Positions 18,945-28,350 of a stretch of 64,000 nt of DNA are shown one piece after another (position 1 is the first letter of the stretch; the number at the start of each line of letters is the position of its first letter). The stretch lies in contig JBJHCT010000002.1 of the NCBI GenBank assembly GCA_050486185.1, positions 1,623 to 65,622 on the forward strand, in the 5' to 3' direction. Origin of the DNA: Candidatus Saccharimonadota bacterium. GTDB lineage: Bacteria > Patescibacteriota > Saccharimonadia > QS-5-54-17. A program made the translations under genes and the position numbers. The notes beneath the pieces were generated by a model. That model had not been told where the DNA came from, ran no database searches, and worked only from the letters and a program-made list of their open reading frames with translations.

Positions 18945-19874
18945 ATGGTTTATTTTTTCTATGGAGACAACAACTACGCTGCCAAGCAGCAGATAGGCAA
19001 GCTGATAAAGCGCTACCAAGATAGTATGGACTCAGACTTTGGTCTAAGCCGCTTCGAAAGCGATACCGAGATAGATAATGTCATCACAGCTATGACGTCA
19101 CTACCGATGTTAGCGACTCATAGTTTGGTAATTATCGATCATCCTAGCCGCAACAAAGCCTTATGTGAGGCTATAACAGGGGTTGTAGATAGAGTGCCTC
19201 AGGAGACAGTAGTAGTTATTTACGATCCAGGAGTCGATAAGCGTTCTAAGTGGTATAAATTTATTAAAGATAACGCCAAGGCTCAGGAGTTTGCTCATAA
19301 ATCAGAAGTTCAACTAACTTCTTGGCTAAAGCGCTACGCTCAAGACCAGGGACTAGAACTTGATAATCGACTAGCTAGGTTATTGATGGATATGGTCGGC
19401 GAAGATCAGTGGCAATTAAGCAAAGAGATAGATAAACACCAGGCTTTGGGTGAGATTACTGAGGAATCGATTAAAGCTTTAGTTCTACCTAATCCTAAAC
19501 ACACTATTTTCGAGCTCATAGATACGCTTTCCTCCGGGGATATCGCTAAAGGCCTAAGCTATTTCGATGATTTAAAGCAGCAGAATATTCATGATTTAGA
19601 AATACTAACTATGCTCGGTTGGCAGCTGCGTAACTTACTCGCTATAGCTTACTCAAACCAAGCTTCCGATGCTCAGATAGCTAAAGATCATGGTATTAAC
19701 CCTTTCGTTATTCGTAAATCTCGATATATTTTGCGTACGATCGATACTGAGTCGCTAGAGAGTCTCTACCACCAGGTGATTGAGGCCGATTATGCCATTA
19801 AAAGCGGCCAGGGTAGTAGCGACTCCCAAGCTATATTAGAAAGAGTGATGCTAAATATCGCCAAAGTGGCCTAA
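18945..19874 (+). CDS. holA: DNA polymerase III delta subunit
   Basis: 309 aa. N-terminal FFYGDNNY and C-terminal helical domain FELIDTLSSGDIAKGLSYFDDL...GWQLRNLL, typical of HolA. Confidence 0.55.
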   Translation: MVYFFYGDNNYAAKQQIGKLIKRYQDSMDSDFGLSRFESDTEIDNVITAMTSLPMLATHSLVIIDHPSRNKALCEAITGVVDRVPQETVVVIYDPGVDKRSKWYKFIKDNAKAQEFAHKSEVQLTSWLKRYAQDQGLELDNRLARLLMDMVGEDQWQLSKEIDKHQALGEITEESIKALVLPNPKHTIFELIDTLSSGDIAKGLSYFDDLKQQNIHDLEILTMLGWQLRNLLAIAYSNQASDAQIAKDHGINPFVIRKSRYILRTIDTESLESLYHQVIEADYAIKSGQGSSDSQAILERVMLNIAKVA

Positions 19875-19884
19875 AGAAACTAAT

Positions 19885-20262
19885 TTATTTCTTAGTAGTC
19901 TTTTTACTAGTAGCAGCTTTTTTAGCTGGAGCTTTCTTGGCAGGGGTTTTCTTAGCAGTAGTCTTTTTAGCTGGAGTCTTAGCGTCAGTAGCTTTAGTTT
20001 TGGCAGCTTCACTAAGTTTACGGCTTAGGCTAGATTTTTTTCTAGCGGCAGTATTCTTGTGAATAACACCTTGTCTGACGGCTTTATCGATAGCTTTTTG
20101 AGCAGCTGGCAAAAAGCCTTCAGCTGATTTCTTATCACCGGCAGATATAGCGTCTAGCACCGCTTTGACTTTGTTGCGCATCTCACGGCGGTAGCGGTTA
20201 TTAACTCTGGTTTTCTTGGTGTCTTGCCGCATTCTTTTAGCGGCCGATTTAATAATTGGCAT
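19885..20262 (-). CDS. rpsT: 30S ribosomal protein S20 with lysine/alanine-rich C-terminal extension
   Basis: MPIIKSAAKRMRQDTKKTRVNNRYR... core, then a TKATDAKTPAKKTTAKKTPAKKAPAKK tail. Confidence 0.8.
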   Translation of the reverse strand: MPIIKSAAKRMRQDTKKTRVNNRYRREMRNKVKAVLDAISAGDKKSAEGFLPAAQKAIDKAVRQGVIHKNTAARKKSSLSRKLSEAAKTKATDAKTPAKKTTAKKTPAKKAPAKKAATSKKTTKK

Positions 20263-20392
20263 AGTTTGTCTTAATCCTCACATAATAAATTATTAGCCTA
20301 TATTCTAGAGGCCAACTATACTGTAAGTAGGTCAACTATGCAAGGGTTTTATCTAGTGGTTGGCTAAAATATTAAATCACCCCTGTTTCTGA

Positions 20393-22141
20393 TTGACAAA
20401 ACAGGGAAGAGTCAGTAGCTTAAGAACTATGAGTAAAAAAGACAAAGACGAAGATAATTCAGAAAAAGATAACGGCAGCAATTCTCAGCCAACCGTTAAG
20501 CAGCAGATAGTTGAGGCTATCAAAAATGCCGATAGTTTAGTGATCTCTGTAGGTAAAGATCCTAGTAGAGATACATTCGCAGCAGCCATAGCTTTGCACC
20601 TAATGCTGACCAAGCTAGAGAAGGTGTCAGAAGTTGTTATCAGTAATAACTTACCCAAATCCTTAGAGTTTCTACCACATGATTTCATTAATGAAGAATT
20701 AAAAGGTCAAAAAGACTTTGTAATTGAAGTTGATCAAACTAAGACTGAGTCAGACAGCCTGAAATATCTTCGAGAAGGCGATAAGTTAAAGATATATATA
20801 ACCCCATATGACGGCACTTACAGTGAAAAAGACGTTAGCTTCAGTGATGGTGATTACCATTACAACCTAGTTATAGGTTTGGGGGCTAGCGCTAAGTCTC
20901 AGCTAGATAAGGCCATAACTTCAGATAAGAAGCTAACCGATAAAGTAGAGTTTGCTTTTATCAATAACGATGCTGATGGCGGCGGTGATTTATCTTGGAG
21001 TGATGTTGCTGCTAGTTCAGTTTCAGAAATGGTTATGAGTATGTCGGAAGCTCTAGGTGGGGGGATGTTGGATAAGCAGATATCTACAGCACTACTTACA
21101 GGTATAGTCGATAAGACCGATCACTTCACTAATACTTCGACTACTCCAAAAGTTATGACTATGGCGGCTCAACTTTTGGCCGCTGGTGCCAACCAAGCTG
21201 AAGTAGTCAAAAACCAAAAGACTCCTCCACCAGAGGATGAGCCAGCTAAAGAGGCGGAATCAGATACTAAATCTAGTGCCAAGGATGAAGTTAAAGAGGA
21301 TGAGAGTAAGAGTAGTAAAAAAGACAAAAAAGAAGAGAAAAAGACTAAAGATAAAGATGAAGCTAAAGAGTCTAAAGCAGAGAAGCCGGCTGAACCAGAT
21401 GGTGAAGAGGACAATTCGGAGACTAAATTAGATGAAACTTCTAATGAGGCAGATAAAGCCGTCACCCCAGCTATAGAAGGAGATGAGCCGTCACCAGATG
21501 CTATTGCCGACATGATTAAAGTAGGCAGTTCATTGATCGAGGAAGAAGAGGTTAGTGAACCTGCACCTGATAATACCGAGAAAGCCGATAGCAACTCAAA
21601 CGTAGCCTCCAGTCTAGTAGATGCTAAGCCTAGAGAGAGAGTTATAGAACCACCTACTAGTCAGCAAGACCTACAGCCAGGCCCAGAAACTAACCAACAA
21701 CTAGACCAGCAAGACCTAGAGTCACAAAACATATTAGAGTCTATCAAGCAGGGAGGTTCGCAACCTATTTCTGATAATACTGCAGTCACACAAGGCCTAA
21801 GTGGTGTAGGTGCAGCTGCACCTAGTAGTGATAGCATCGATACCTTTACTCCCGGTTCAACTTTAGAATCTAGTAGCTCTACCGCAAGTTTACCGAGTGA
21901 TAACAATCTAGATAGCGGCTTATCGAACGTTAGTGGCATCGACAATCAAACTCTAACAACAGGTGGAGCAGCAGCTCCTTTCAATGAAGCTTCAGATTCA
22001 CCTAAACCTGCCGGTAATCATCCACCCACCAACAAAGAGGGCCATATAGATATAGACGCAGCTCGCAAGGCAGCCGAAGAGGCATATAACAGCATGCATT
22101 TAGATGCTTCTTCAAATGATGAAAATCAGCCACAGTCATAG
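20393..22141 (+). CDS. DHH-family phosphoesterase homolog (NrnA-like) with degenerate catalytic motifs and a long acidic/Lys/Ser-rich disordered tail
   Basis: GDLSWSDVAASSVSEMV and LLTGIVDKTDHFTNTSTTPK match NrnA (GDLLWVDTSASSVSEMI / GIVGDTGRF..NTT.K). The catalytic DHH is replaced by NND and motif I PDPDA by DPSRD. There is no DHHA1 GGGH module. The C-terminal 300 aa is low complexity. Confidence 0.5.
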   Translation: MTKQGRVSSLRTMSKKDKDEDNSEKDNGSNSQPTVKQQIVEAIKNADSLVISVGKDPSRDTFAAAIALHLMLTKLEKVSEVVISNNLPKSLEFLPHDFINEELKGQKDFVIEVDQTKTESDSLKYLREGDKLKIYITPYDGTYSEKDVSFSDGDYHYNLVIGLGASAKSQLDKAITSDKKLTDKVEFAFINNDADGGGDLSWSDVAASSVSEMVMSMSEALGGGMLDKQISTALLTGIVDKTDHFTNTSTTPKVMTMAAQLLAAGANQAEVVKNQKTPPPEDEPAKEAESDTKSSAKDEVKEDESKSSKKDKKEEKKTKDKDEAKESKAEKPAEPDGEEDNSETKLDETSNEADKAVTPAIEGDEPSPDAIADMIKVGSSLIEEEEVSEPAPDNTEKADSNSNVASSLVDAKPRERVIEPPTSQQDLQPGPETNQQLDQQDLESQNILESIKQGGSQPISDNTAVTQGLSGVGAAAPSSDSIDTFTPGSTLESSSSTASLPSDNNLDSGLSNVSGIDNQTLTTGGAAAPFNEASDSPKPAGNHPPTNKEGHIDIDAARKAAEEAYNSMHLDASSNDENQPQS

Positions 22142-22144
22142 ACT

Positions 22145-22816
22145 ATGGAAGGCGTACTGTTAATCGATAAACCAAAAAGGTGGAGTAGCTTCGATGTTAT
22201 ACGGAAATTACGCCATCAACTAAAAGACGGCGATAAACCACCCAAGATGGGCCACGCCGGCACATTAGACCCCATGGCTACAGGCCTGCTAATAGTTCTA
22301 GTTGGCTCTGCCACTAAACGCCAAAATAGCTTTATGAAGTTAGATAAAACCTATGAAGCCAAGATTACCCTAGGTTCTAACAGCAGCAGTGATGATAGCG
22401 AAGGTCAGCTAACTAGCGTTAGCCAACATCAACCCTCGGAAGACGAAGTGATTGAAGCCCTAAATTCATTTACTGGTGAAATATCACAAGTTCCACCACA
22501 GTTCTCAGCTATCAAAGTAGATGGTAAAAGAGCTTACAAGACAGCCAGGGAGGGTGGTCACACCGAGCTTAAGTCTCGTCAAATCATCATCCACTCAATT
22601 GAGTTAATTAGCTATCAATACCCTGTAATTCACATAAATTGCCATGTTAGTAGCGGCACTTACATACGTAGTTTAGCTAGAGATATAGGTAGTGACTTAA
22701 GCACAGGTGCATATCTAAGCTATTTACGTCGCACGAGTATAGGGGAGTGGAGTGTTGAGGATGCAATAGATCCAGATCTAGCTACTCATAATTTCATAAG
22801 AGCCATTGACAAATAG
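22145..22816 (+). CDS. truB: tRNA pseudouridine(55) synthase
   Basis: GHAGTLDPMATGLLIVLVG catalytic Asp motif; conserved truB-rpsO-pnp order. Confidence 0.85.
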   Translation: MEGVLLIDKPKRWSSFDVIRKLRHQLKDGDKPPKMGHAGTLDPMATGLLIVLVGSATKRQNSFMKLDKTYEAKITLGSNSSSDDSEGQLTSVSQHQPSEDEVIEALNSFTGEISQVPPQFSAIKVDGKRAYKTAREGGHTELKSRQIIIHSIELISYQYPVIHINCHVSSGTYIRSLARDIGSDLSTGAYLSYLRRTSIGEWSVEDAIDPDLATHNFIRAIDK

Positions 22817-22996
22817 ACGATAATAGCATAAAGTATCACCTAATAATTTTGTGGCTCTATGGTGGAGACATGAAATCAATATAAAATTGAACAACAAAGT
22901 TATTACAGCCTAGAACAACAGGGAGTCTTGAGCTGCTTTATGCAAGGGAGTTTAGCGTTGTATGGGGTCTTAATAACTGTTATTATGTAAGGAGTT

Positions 22997-23263
22997 ATGG
23001 TGAAGTCCAATAAAAAACAAGAGATTATTTCAGGTCTTGGTTCACACAAGTCAGATACCGGTTCGACCGAAGTGCAAGTCGGTATACTAACTGAGCGAAT
23101 CAAGTCTTTGACAGAGCACCTAAAGATCCATAAAAAGGATCTGCACTCTCGACGTGGGCTACTACAAATGGTAGGTAGACGTAAGCGTCTGCTTGACTAT
23201 CTCAAGCGTAAAGATAGCGACAACTATCAGAAGCTAGTGGCTAAATTAGGACTACGCAAATAA
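22997..23263 (+). CDS. rpsO: 30S ribosomal protein S15
   Basis: [43 protein letters not shown]. Confidence 0.9.
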   Translation: MVKSNKKQEIISGLGSHKSDTGSTEVQVGILTERIKSLTEHLKIHKKDLHSRRGLLQMVGRRKRLLDYLKRKDSDNYQKLVAKLGLRK

Positions 23264-23407
23264 CACCTGTATCTTGATACATTAGTACTTAAAAAAGTAA
23301 CCAAGATAAACTAAATTTAAATATAATTTGTTTGGCGATCAGGGAAGTAGGTATTAACTTTTCCATTCAATACCTGACCCCTGCTCGCAAACTAGAAAGG
23401 AGATGTT

Positions 23408-25531
23408 TTGGGTAACATCATACATCCGTTTAACGGAAAACAAGTAAAAGTAGAAACTGAGTTTTGTGGCAAAAAACTCTCAATAGAAACCGGCCGAATG
23501 GCTTTTTTGGCCGACGGCGCAGCTTTAGTGCGTTACGGCGATACCGTAGTTTTGGGTACTGCCGTAGTAGAGAAGACTGCTAGAGATGGCATAGATTTCT
23601 TCCCGTTACTCATAGATTATGAGGAGCGCATGTATGCTACCGGTAAGATATCAGGTAGTAAATATATGAAGAGAGAGGGTAGGCCATCAGAAACCGCTAC
23701 TTTGACTGCTAGGTTGATCGACCGACCGATTCGTCCACTATTTCCTAAAGGTTTTCGCAACGACACTCAGGTAGTCACTACTGTATTAAGTGCCGATATG
23801 GAGCACCCCATAGACGTTATCGCCATGATTGCAGCTTCTAGCGCTCTAACCCTATCGGGCGCACCGTTTAAGGGCCCTATCAGCGGTATTAGAGTAGGTC
23901 TAATCGACGATAAGCTGGTAGCCTATCCTAGCAATAGCGATATGGCTAAAAGCACTCTAGATCTTAATCTGGCCGGTACTAAAGATGCCATCATGATGGT
24001 AGAGGCCGGTGCCAGTGAAGTAGATGAGAAGACTATGGCCGAGGCTTTAGAGTTAGCTCATAAATCTCTGCAGCCAGTTATCGAACTGCAGAACGAACTA
24101 GCTAAAAAGGTCGGTGTTGAAGAGATGAAATATGAACTGCATGAGGATGACACCGAACTTGAACAGTCTATGAGGGAGTTTTTGCGCGATAAGCTAGGTC
24201 CAGCCGTTAGACACGAGAGTCACTATGAAAGACACCGTGCCATCTCTAACCTAGAAGAAGAGGCTGTAGAGCATTTTGCCGATAAGCATGCTGATAAATA
24301 CGAGAAAGCCCACGTTACAGAAAGTTTCGACTCAGCCATTAAGGCCGAGGTCCGAAGATCTATCTTGGAAGAAGGCAAACGACCGGATAATCGCAAGAGC
24401 GATGAGGTTAGACCGCTTAGCTCAGAAGTAGGAGTCTTACCTAAAACCCACGGCTCAGCCCTGTTTACTAGAGGCAGTACTCAGGTGCTAAATATCACCA
24501 CTCTAGCATCGTCTAGTTATGCTATGGCGATCGACAGCATGGAAGAAGATAGTGAGAAACACTTTATGCACCACTATAATTTCCCAGGCTACTCTACCGG
24601 TGAAGTTAGACCGATGCGTACTCCTGGTAGGCGTGAGATAGGTCACGGAGCTTTAGCAGAACGTGCAGTAGCCCCAATGATTCCAAACCAAGATGAGTTT
24701 CCTTACGTAATACGCAGTGTATCAGAGGTAACCACCAGTAATGGCTCTACCTCGATGGCTAGTGTCTGTGGAACTGTTTTAAGTTTGATGGACGCAGGCG
24801 TACCTATTAAAAGACCGGTATCGGGAATCGCTATGGGTCTAATGATAGGGGCAGATGGCAAGTATGAGATTCTCTCTGATATTGCTGGGGCAGAAGATTT
24901 CGCTGGCGATATGGACTTTAAGGTAGCAGGAACCAGTGAAGGCATTACAGCCCTGCAGATGGATATCAAAGTTGGTGGAATTACACCAAAAATCATGGCA
25001 GAAGCACTAGCTCAGGCTAAAGCAGGCCGAGCCCACATTCTAGATCATATGCTGGAAACTCTAGCTGAACCTAGGAAGGAGCTAAATGAGAACGCACCCA
25101 AGATAGTAACTATCAAGATCAATCCAGAGAAGATCGGTGAAGTTATCGGTCGAGGCGGCGAGACCATCAACGGCATCATCGATGAGACCGGTGCTCAGAT
25201 AGACATCAAGGACGACGGCACAGTACTAATAGCAGCAGCAGGTGGCAATAGTGATGGTGCCGATAAGGCTATAGAGATAATCAAGGCTCTTACTACTGAT
25301 CCAGAAGTCGGCAATGTCTACGAAGGAGAAGTAGTTAAAATAACTGATTTCGGTGCCTTCGTTAACGTCTTACCTGGTAAAGATGGACTGCTCCACATCT
25401 CAGAGATTGCCGATAAGCATGTAGATAAGGTTGAAGATGAACTTAAAGAAGGTGACGTGATTAAAGTTAAACTGATCGGTATCGATGATATGGGTCGCTT
25501 GAAGCTAAGTAAAAAGGCTTTAAAGGAGTAG
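23408..25531 (+). CDS. pnp: Polynucleotide phosphorylase
   Basis: Two RNase PH domains, KH (IGEVIGRGGETINGI) and S1 (GEVVKITDFGAFVNV) domains. TTG start. A 144-nt leader follows rpsO. Confidence 0.92.
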   Translation: MGNIIHPFNGKQVKVETEFCGKKLSIETGRMAFLADGAALVRYGDTVVLGTAVVEKTARDGIDFFPLLIDYEERMYATGKISGSKYMKREGRPSETATLTARLIDRPIRPLFPKGFRNDTQVVTTVLSADMEHPIDVIAMIAASSALTLSGAPFKGPISGIRVGLIDDKLVAYPSNSDMAKSTLDLNLAGTKDAIMMVEAGASEVDEKTMAEALELAHKSLQPVIELQNELAKKVGVEEMKYELHEDDTELEQSMREFLRDKLGPAVRHESHYERHRAISNLEEEAVEHFADKHADKYEKAHVTESFDSAIKAEVRRSILEEGKRPDNRKSDEVRPLSSEVGVLPKTHGSALFTRGSTQVLNITTLASSSYAMAIDSMEEDSEKHFMHHYNFPGYSTGEVRPMRTPGRREIGHGALAERAVAPMIPNQDEFPYVIRSVSEVTTSNGSTSMASVCGTVLSLMDAGVPIKRPVSGIAMGLMIGADGKYEILSDIAGAEDFAGDMDFKVAGTSEGITALQMDIKVGGITPKIMAEALAQAKAGRAHILDHMLETLAEPRKELNENAPKIVTIKINPEKIGEVIGRGGETINGIIDETGAQIDIKDDGTVLIAAAGGNSDGADKAIEIIKALTTDPEVGNVYEGEVVKITDFGAFVNVLPGKDGLLHISEIADKHVDKVEDELKEGDVIKVKLIGIDDMGRLKLSKKALKE

Positions 25532-25535
25532 TTTT

Positions 25536-25568
25536 TTGCAAAGAGGCTAATTATTAGCTTCTTTGCAA
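25536..25568 (+). terminator. Stable 13-bp stem-loop directly after the pnp stop (no U tract)
   Basis: ttgcaaagaggcta-attat-tagcttctttgcaa with one G-U pair. Possible terminator or 3' stabiliser. Confidence 0.3.
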
Positions 25569-25609
25569 CTCTGAAGGAACCAGTAGGGGTTTAAACGTAA
25601 AAGATAGGT

Positions 25610-26227
25610 ATGGATAAACAAGCCAAGCTAGATGAAATAGCTCAAAGCATCATAGATAATGAGGTGTGTGCTGAGCTCAGAGATGGAGCTACTCAGCTAG
25701 TGCCAGGAGTCGGTAGTCCCGATGCAGAAGTTGTCTTCATCGGCGAAGCTCCTGGCAAGAGTGAGGACGAGCAGGGAGAGCCGTTTGTAGGTGCTGCTGG
25801 GAAGTTTTTAAATGAGATGCTGGCAAGTATCGGTATGGATAGGTCTAGCGTTTTTATCACTAATATAGTAAAGTATCGACCACCAGAGAATCGCGATCCT
25901 TTACCTGAGGAAAAGGCAGCATTCCTTCCATATCTAATGCGTCAACTTGAAGTTATTGACCCTAAATTGGTAGTAACTTTAGGTAGGCACAGTATGGAAT
26001 ACTTCTTGCCTCAACTGCGTATTAGCCAAGTGCATGGCCAGCCTAAGAAGGTGAAGGTTAAAAACATAGCTACGGAAGGCTCAAGCAGTCAAGATGATAT
26101 TTTGGTAACTTTAACGATTCTACCGCTATATCATCCAGCAGCTGCGCTATACAATGGATCTCAGCGCCAAGTACTTCTAGATGATTTCGCACTAATACCT
26201 AAAATTTTAGATAAATTAGAAAACTAA
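25610..26227 (+). CDS. Uracil-DNA glycosylase, family 4
   Basis: [31 protein letters not shown] motif and a C-terminal HPAAALY. Confidence 0.75.
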   Translation: MDKQAKLDEIAQSIIDNEVCAELRDGATQLVPGVGSPDAEVVFIGEAPGKSEDEQGEPFVGAAGKFLNEMLASIGMDRSSVFITNIVKYRPPENRDPLPEEKAAFLPYLMRQLEVIDPKLVVTLGRHSMEYFLPQLRISQVHGQPKKVKVKNIATEGSSSQDDILVTLTILPLYHPAAALYNGSQRQVLLDDFALIPKILDKLEN

Positions 26228-26262
26228 ATTAACAAAATTAACTAATAAGGAGAAGACTAAAA

Positions 26263-28299
26263 ATGTCACAACAACAAAAGACCGATAATAGGTCTAATAA
26301 CAATCAAAATAACCACCAAAAAGGTGGTAACAGAAACCAGGGGAGGCCTAGTGGTAATCACCATAAAGGTGGCAATAATCACAAAGGCAATAACAATAAC
26401 AACAGCAACGGAGTCTCTCGTAAGAGCTCTAGAGCTGTAGAGCGAGAGCTTAGGCGCAACTACGATGATGCCCATAAGCTAGCTAGGTTCGATGATGTGG
26501 TAACTGATGCCGATAAGGCTAGATTAGCTATGCAGCAAAAGAAAGCCAATCAATTAGATAGCGGTGAACCTAAACTCAGGGTCATCCCTATGGGTGGTCA
26601 AGATGGGGTTGGTAATAAGAATATGGCCATAATCGAATACGGTAACGATGCTATCGTAGTAGACTGCGGTTTTAATCTAGGCCTAGATCTACCAGGTATT
26701 AACTACTCTATACCAGATATTACCTATCTAGAGTCGATCAAGCATAAAGTAAGAGGCTACGTATTTACTCACGGACACCTAGATCACATCGGTGCGACCG
26801 GGTATGTGATACCTAAAATACCGGCCCCTATATATGGTTCTAGATTTACTGTGGGTATGGTAGAGAAGCAGATCGCCGATAACGAAGAGGTCGATCCCGA
26901 CTTTCAGCCGGAACTAGTTGAGATGAATATCGACAACCACGAGAGACTTAAGGTCGGCCCATTCTTTGTTGAGCTCGTGCGCACCACCCACTCTATACCC
27001 GACTCTACTACCTTGGTTATAGATACTCCGGTAGGTAGGATTGTTCACACTGGAGACTTTAGGCTAGACCCAGAGCCATTAGATAATCAGCCTTCTGATA
27101 TAGCTAGACTTAAAGAAGTTGGCGAAGAAGGGGTATTGCTGTTAATGGCAGAAAGTACTAACACTGAAAGACCTGGAAGAACTCCAACTGAGCATACTTT
27201 AGAGCAAAGCTTTCATGACATCCTATCTCAAAGTCGAGGCAGAGTCATAGTATCTGCATTTTCTAGCAATATTAACCGTATGCAGATGATTATAGATGCT
27301 TCAGCTAAAAGTAATCGTAAAGTAGCTATAGACGGTCGCAGTATGCTAGCCACAGTTGAGCTATCTGTTAAGCTCGGCTATATCAAGATACCTAAAGGCA
27401 CCATAATCTCCATGAAGGATGTATCGAACCTAAAAGACCAGGAAGTAACAGTTATCTGTACGGGTGGTCAGGGAGAGCCTAATGCAGCGTTATCGCGTAT
27501 GGCTGTTGGCGATCATAACCACATTACTCTTAAAGATGGCGATACGGTTGTCCTAAGCTCTACGCCAATTCCAGGCAACGAGGTAGCTTTTTCCGATAAC
27601 GTTAACGCTATGATGAGGCGAGGCGCTACGGTGCTTAAACATACTACCCATGAAATCGATGGCTGCGGGCCACTACACGTATCGGGTCATGCCAATAGAG
27701 ATGAGCTTAAGCAGATGATCGATATGACCAAGCCAAAATACATCATGCCTAATCACGGCCCATTCTTTCATAGGCAAAGGTACATAGGTATAGCTAAAGA
27801 GGCAGGATTAAATCCAAATCAGGTAACACTGGTTGATAATGGTGCGGTGTTAGAATTTGATAAATCTGGCAATATGAAGCAAGAGTCAACTGTTCCTACC
27901 GGATCGGTACTGGTCGATCAAAACGGCTACGTAGTACCTAACCTAGTAGTTAAAGATAGGCTACTGATGGCCGATGATGGCATAGTTGTAGCAGTATTAA
28001 CTATGGATAAGAAAAGTAAGCAGCTACTATCTAGTCCAGACATTATCTCTAGAGGCTTCATCCATATGCAGGAGAGTTCTAGTTTAGTTAATGACTTGCG
28101 TGACTATATGCGCAGCTTTACTCGCCAGCATGCTAGAAGAGCAGATATTAAAGACTTTAAGCAGAACTTGCGAGACGGTATTAGTGGATTCTTGTACCAA
28201 GAGACCCAAAGAGCTCCAGTAGTAATACCGGTGGTTAACATGGTGGAATCTTCCAATAAGCCTAAAGGTAAAAAAATACTAGGCCCCAAGAAGACCTAG
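26263..28299 (+). CDS. rnj: Ribonuclease J with N/G/H-rich N-terminal extension
   Basis: MBL motif HGHLDHIGATGYV, beta-CASP and C-terminal domains. The first ~55 aa are NNNQNNHQKGGN...HHKGGNNHKGNNNNN. Confidence 0.85.
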   Translation: MSQQQKTDNRSNNNQNNHQKGGNRNQGRPSGNHHKGGNNHKGNNNNNSNGVSRKSSRAVERELRRNYDDAHKLARFDDVVTDADKARLAMQQKKANQLDSGEPKLRVIPMGGQDGVGNKNMAIIEYGNDAIVVDCGFNLGLDLPGINYSIPDITYLESIKHKVRGYVFTHGHLDHIGATGYVIPKIPAPIYGSRFTVGMVEKQIADNEEVDPDFQPELVEMNIDNHERLKVGPFFVELVRTTHSIPDSTTLVIDTPVGRIVHTGDFRLDPEPLDNQPSDIARLKEVGEEGVLLLMAESTNTERPGRTPTEHTLEQSFHDILSQSRGRVIVSAFSSNINRMQMIIDASAKSNRKVAIDGRSMLATVELSVKLGYIKIPKGTIISMKDVSNLKDQEVTVICTGGQGEPNAALSRMAVGDHNHITLKDGDTVVLSSTPIPGNEVAFSDNVNAMMRRGATVLKHTTHEIDGCGPLHVSGHANRDELKQMIDMTKPKYIMPNHGPFFHRQRYIGIAKEAGLNPNQVTLVDNGAVLEFDKSGNMKQESTVPTGSVLVDQNGYVVPNLVVKDRLLMADDGIVVAVLTMDKKSKQLLSSPDIISRGFIHMQESSSLVNDLRDYMRSFTRQHARRADIKDFKQNLRDGISGFLYQETQRAPVVIPVVNMVESSNKPKGKKILGPKKT

Positions 28300-28350
28300 G
28301 AGTTAGTAAATAGTAAACAGCTCTGTATCATAGCCGGTGCGTCCTATATA

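Noticed and set aside
19867-19893. Bidirectional terminator hairpin between the convergent holA and rpsT genes
   Set aside because: It has only a 6-bp all-A/T stem (aagaaa/tttctt), which is too weak to call.
21169-21594. Antisense 141-aa Ser/Leu-rich ORF inside the DHH-protein tail
   Set aside because: It mirrors low-complexity Lys/Glu codons on the opposite strand; spurious.
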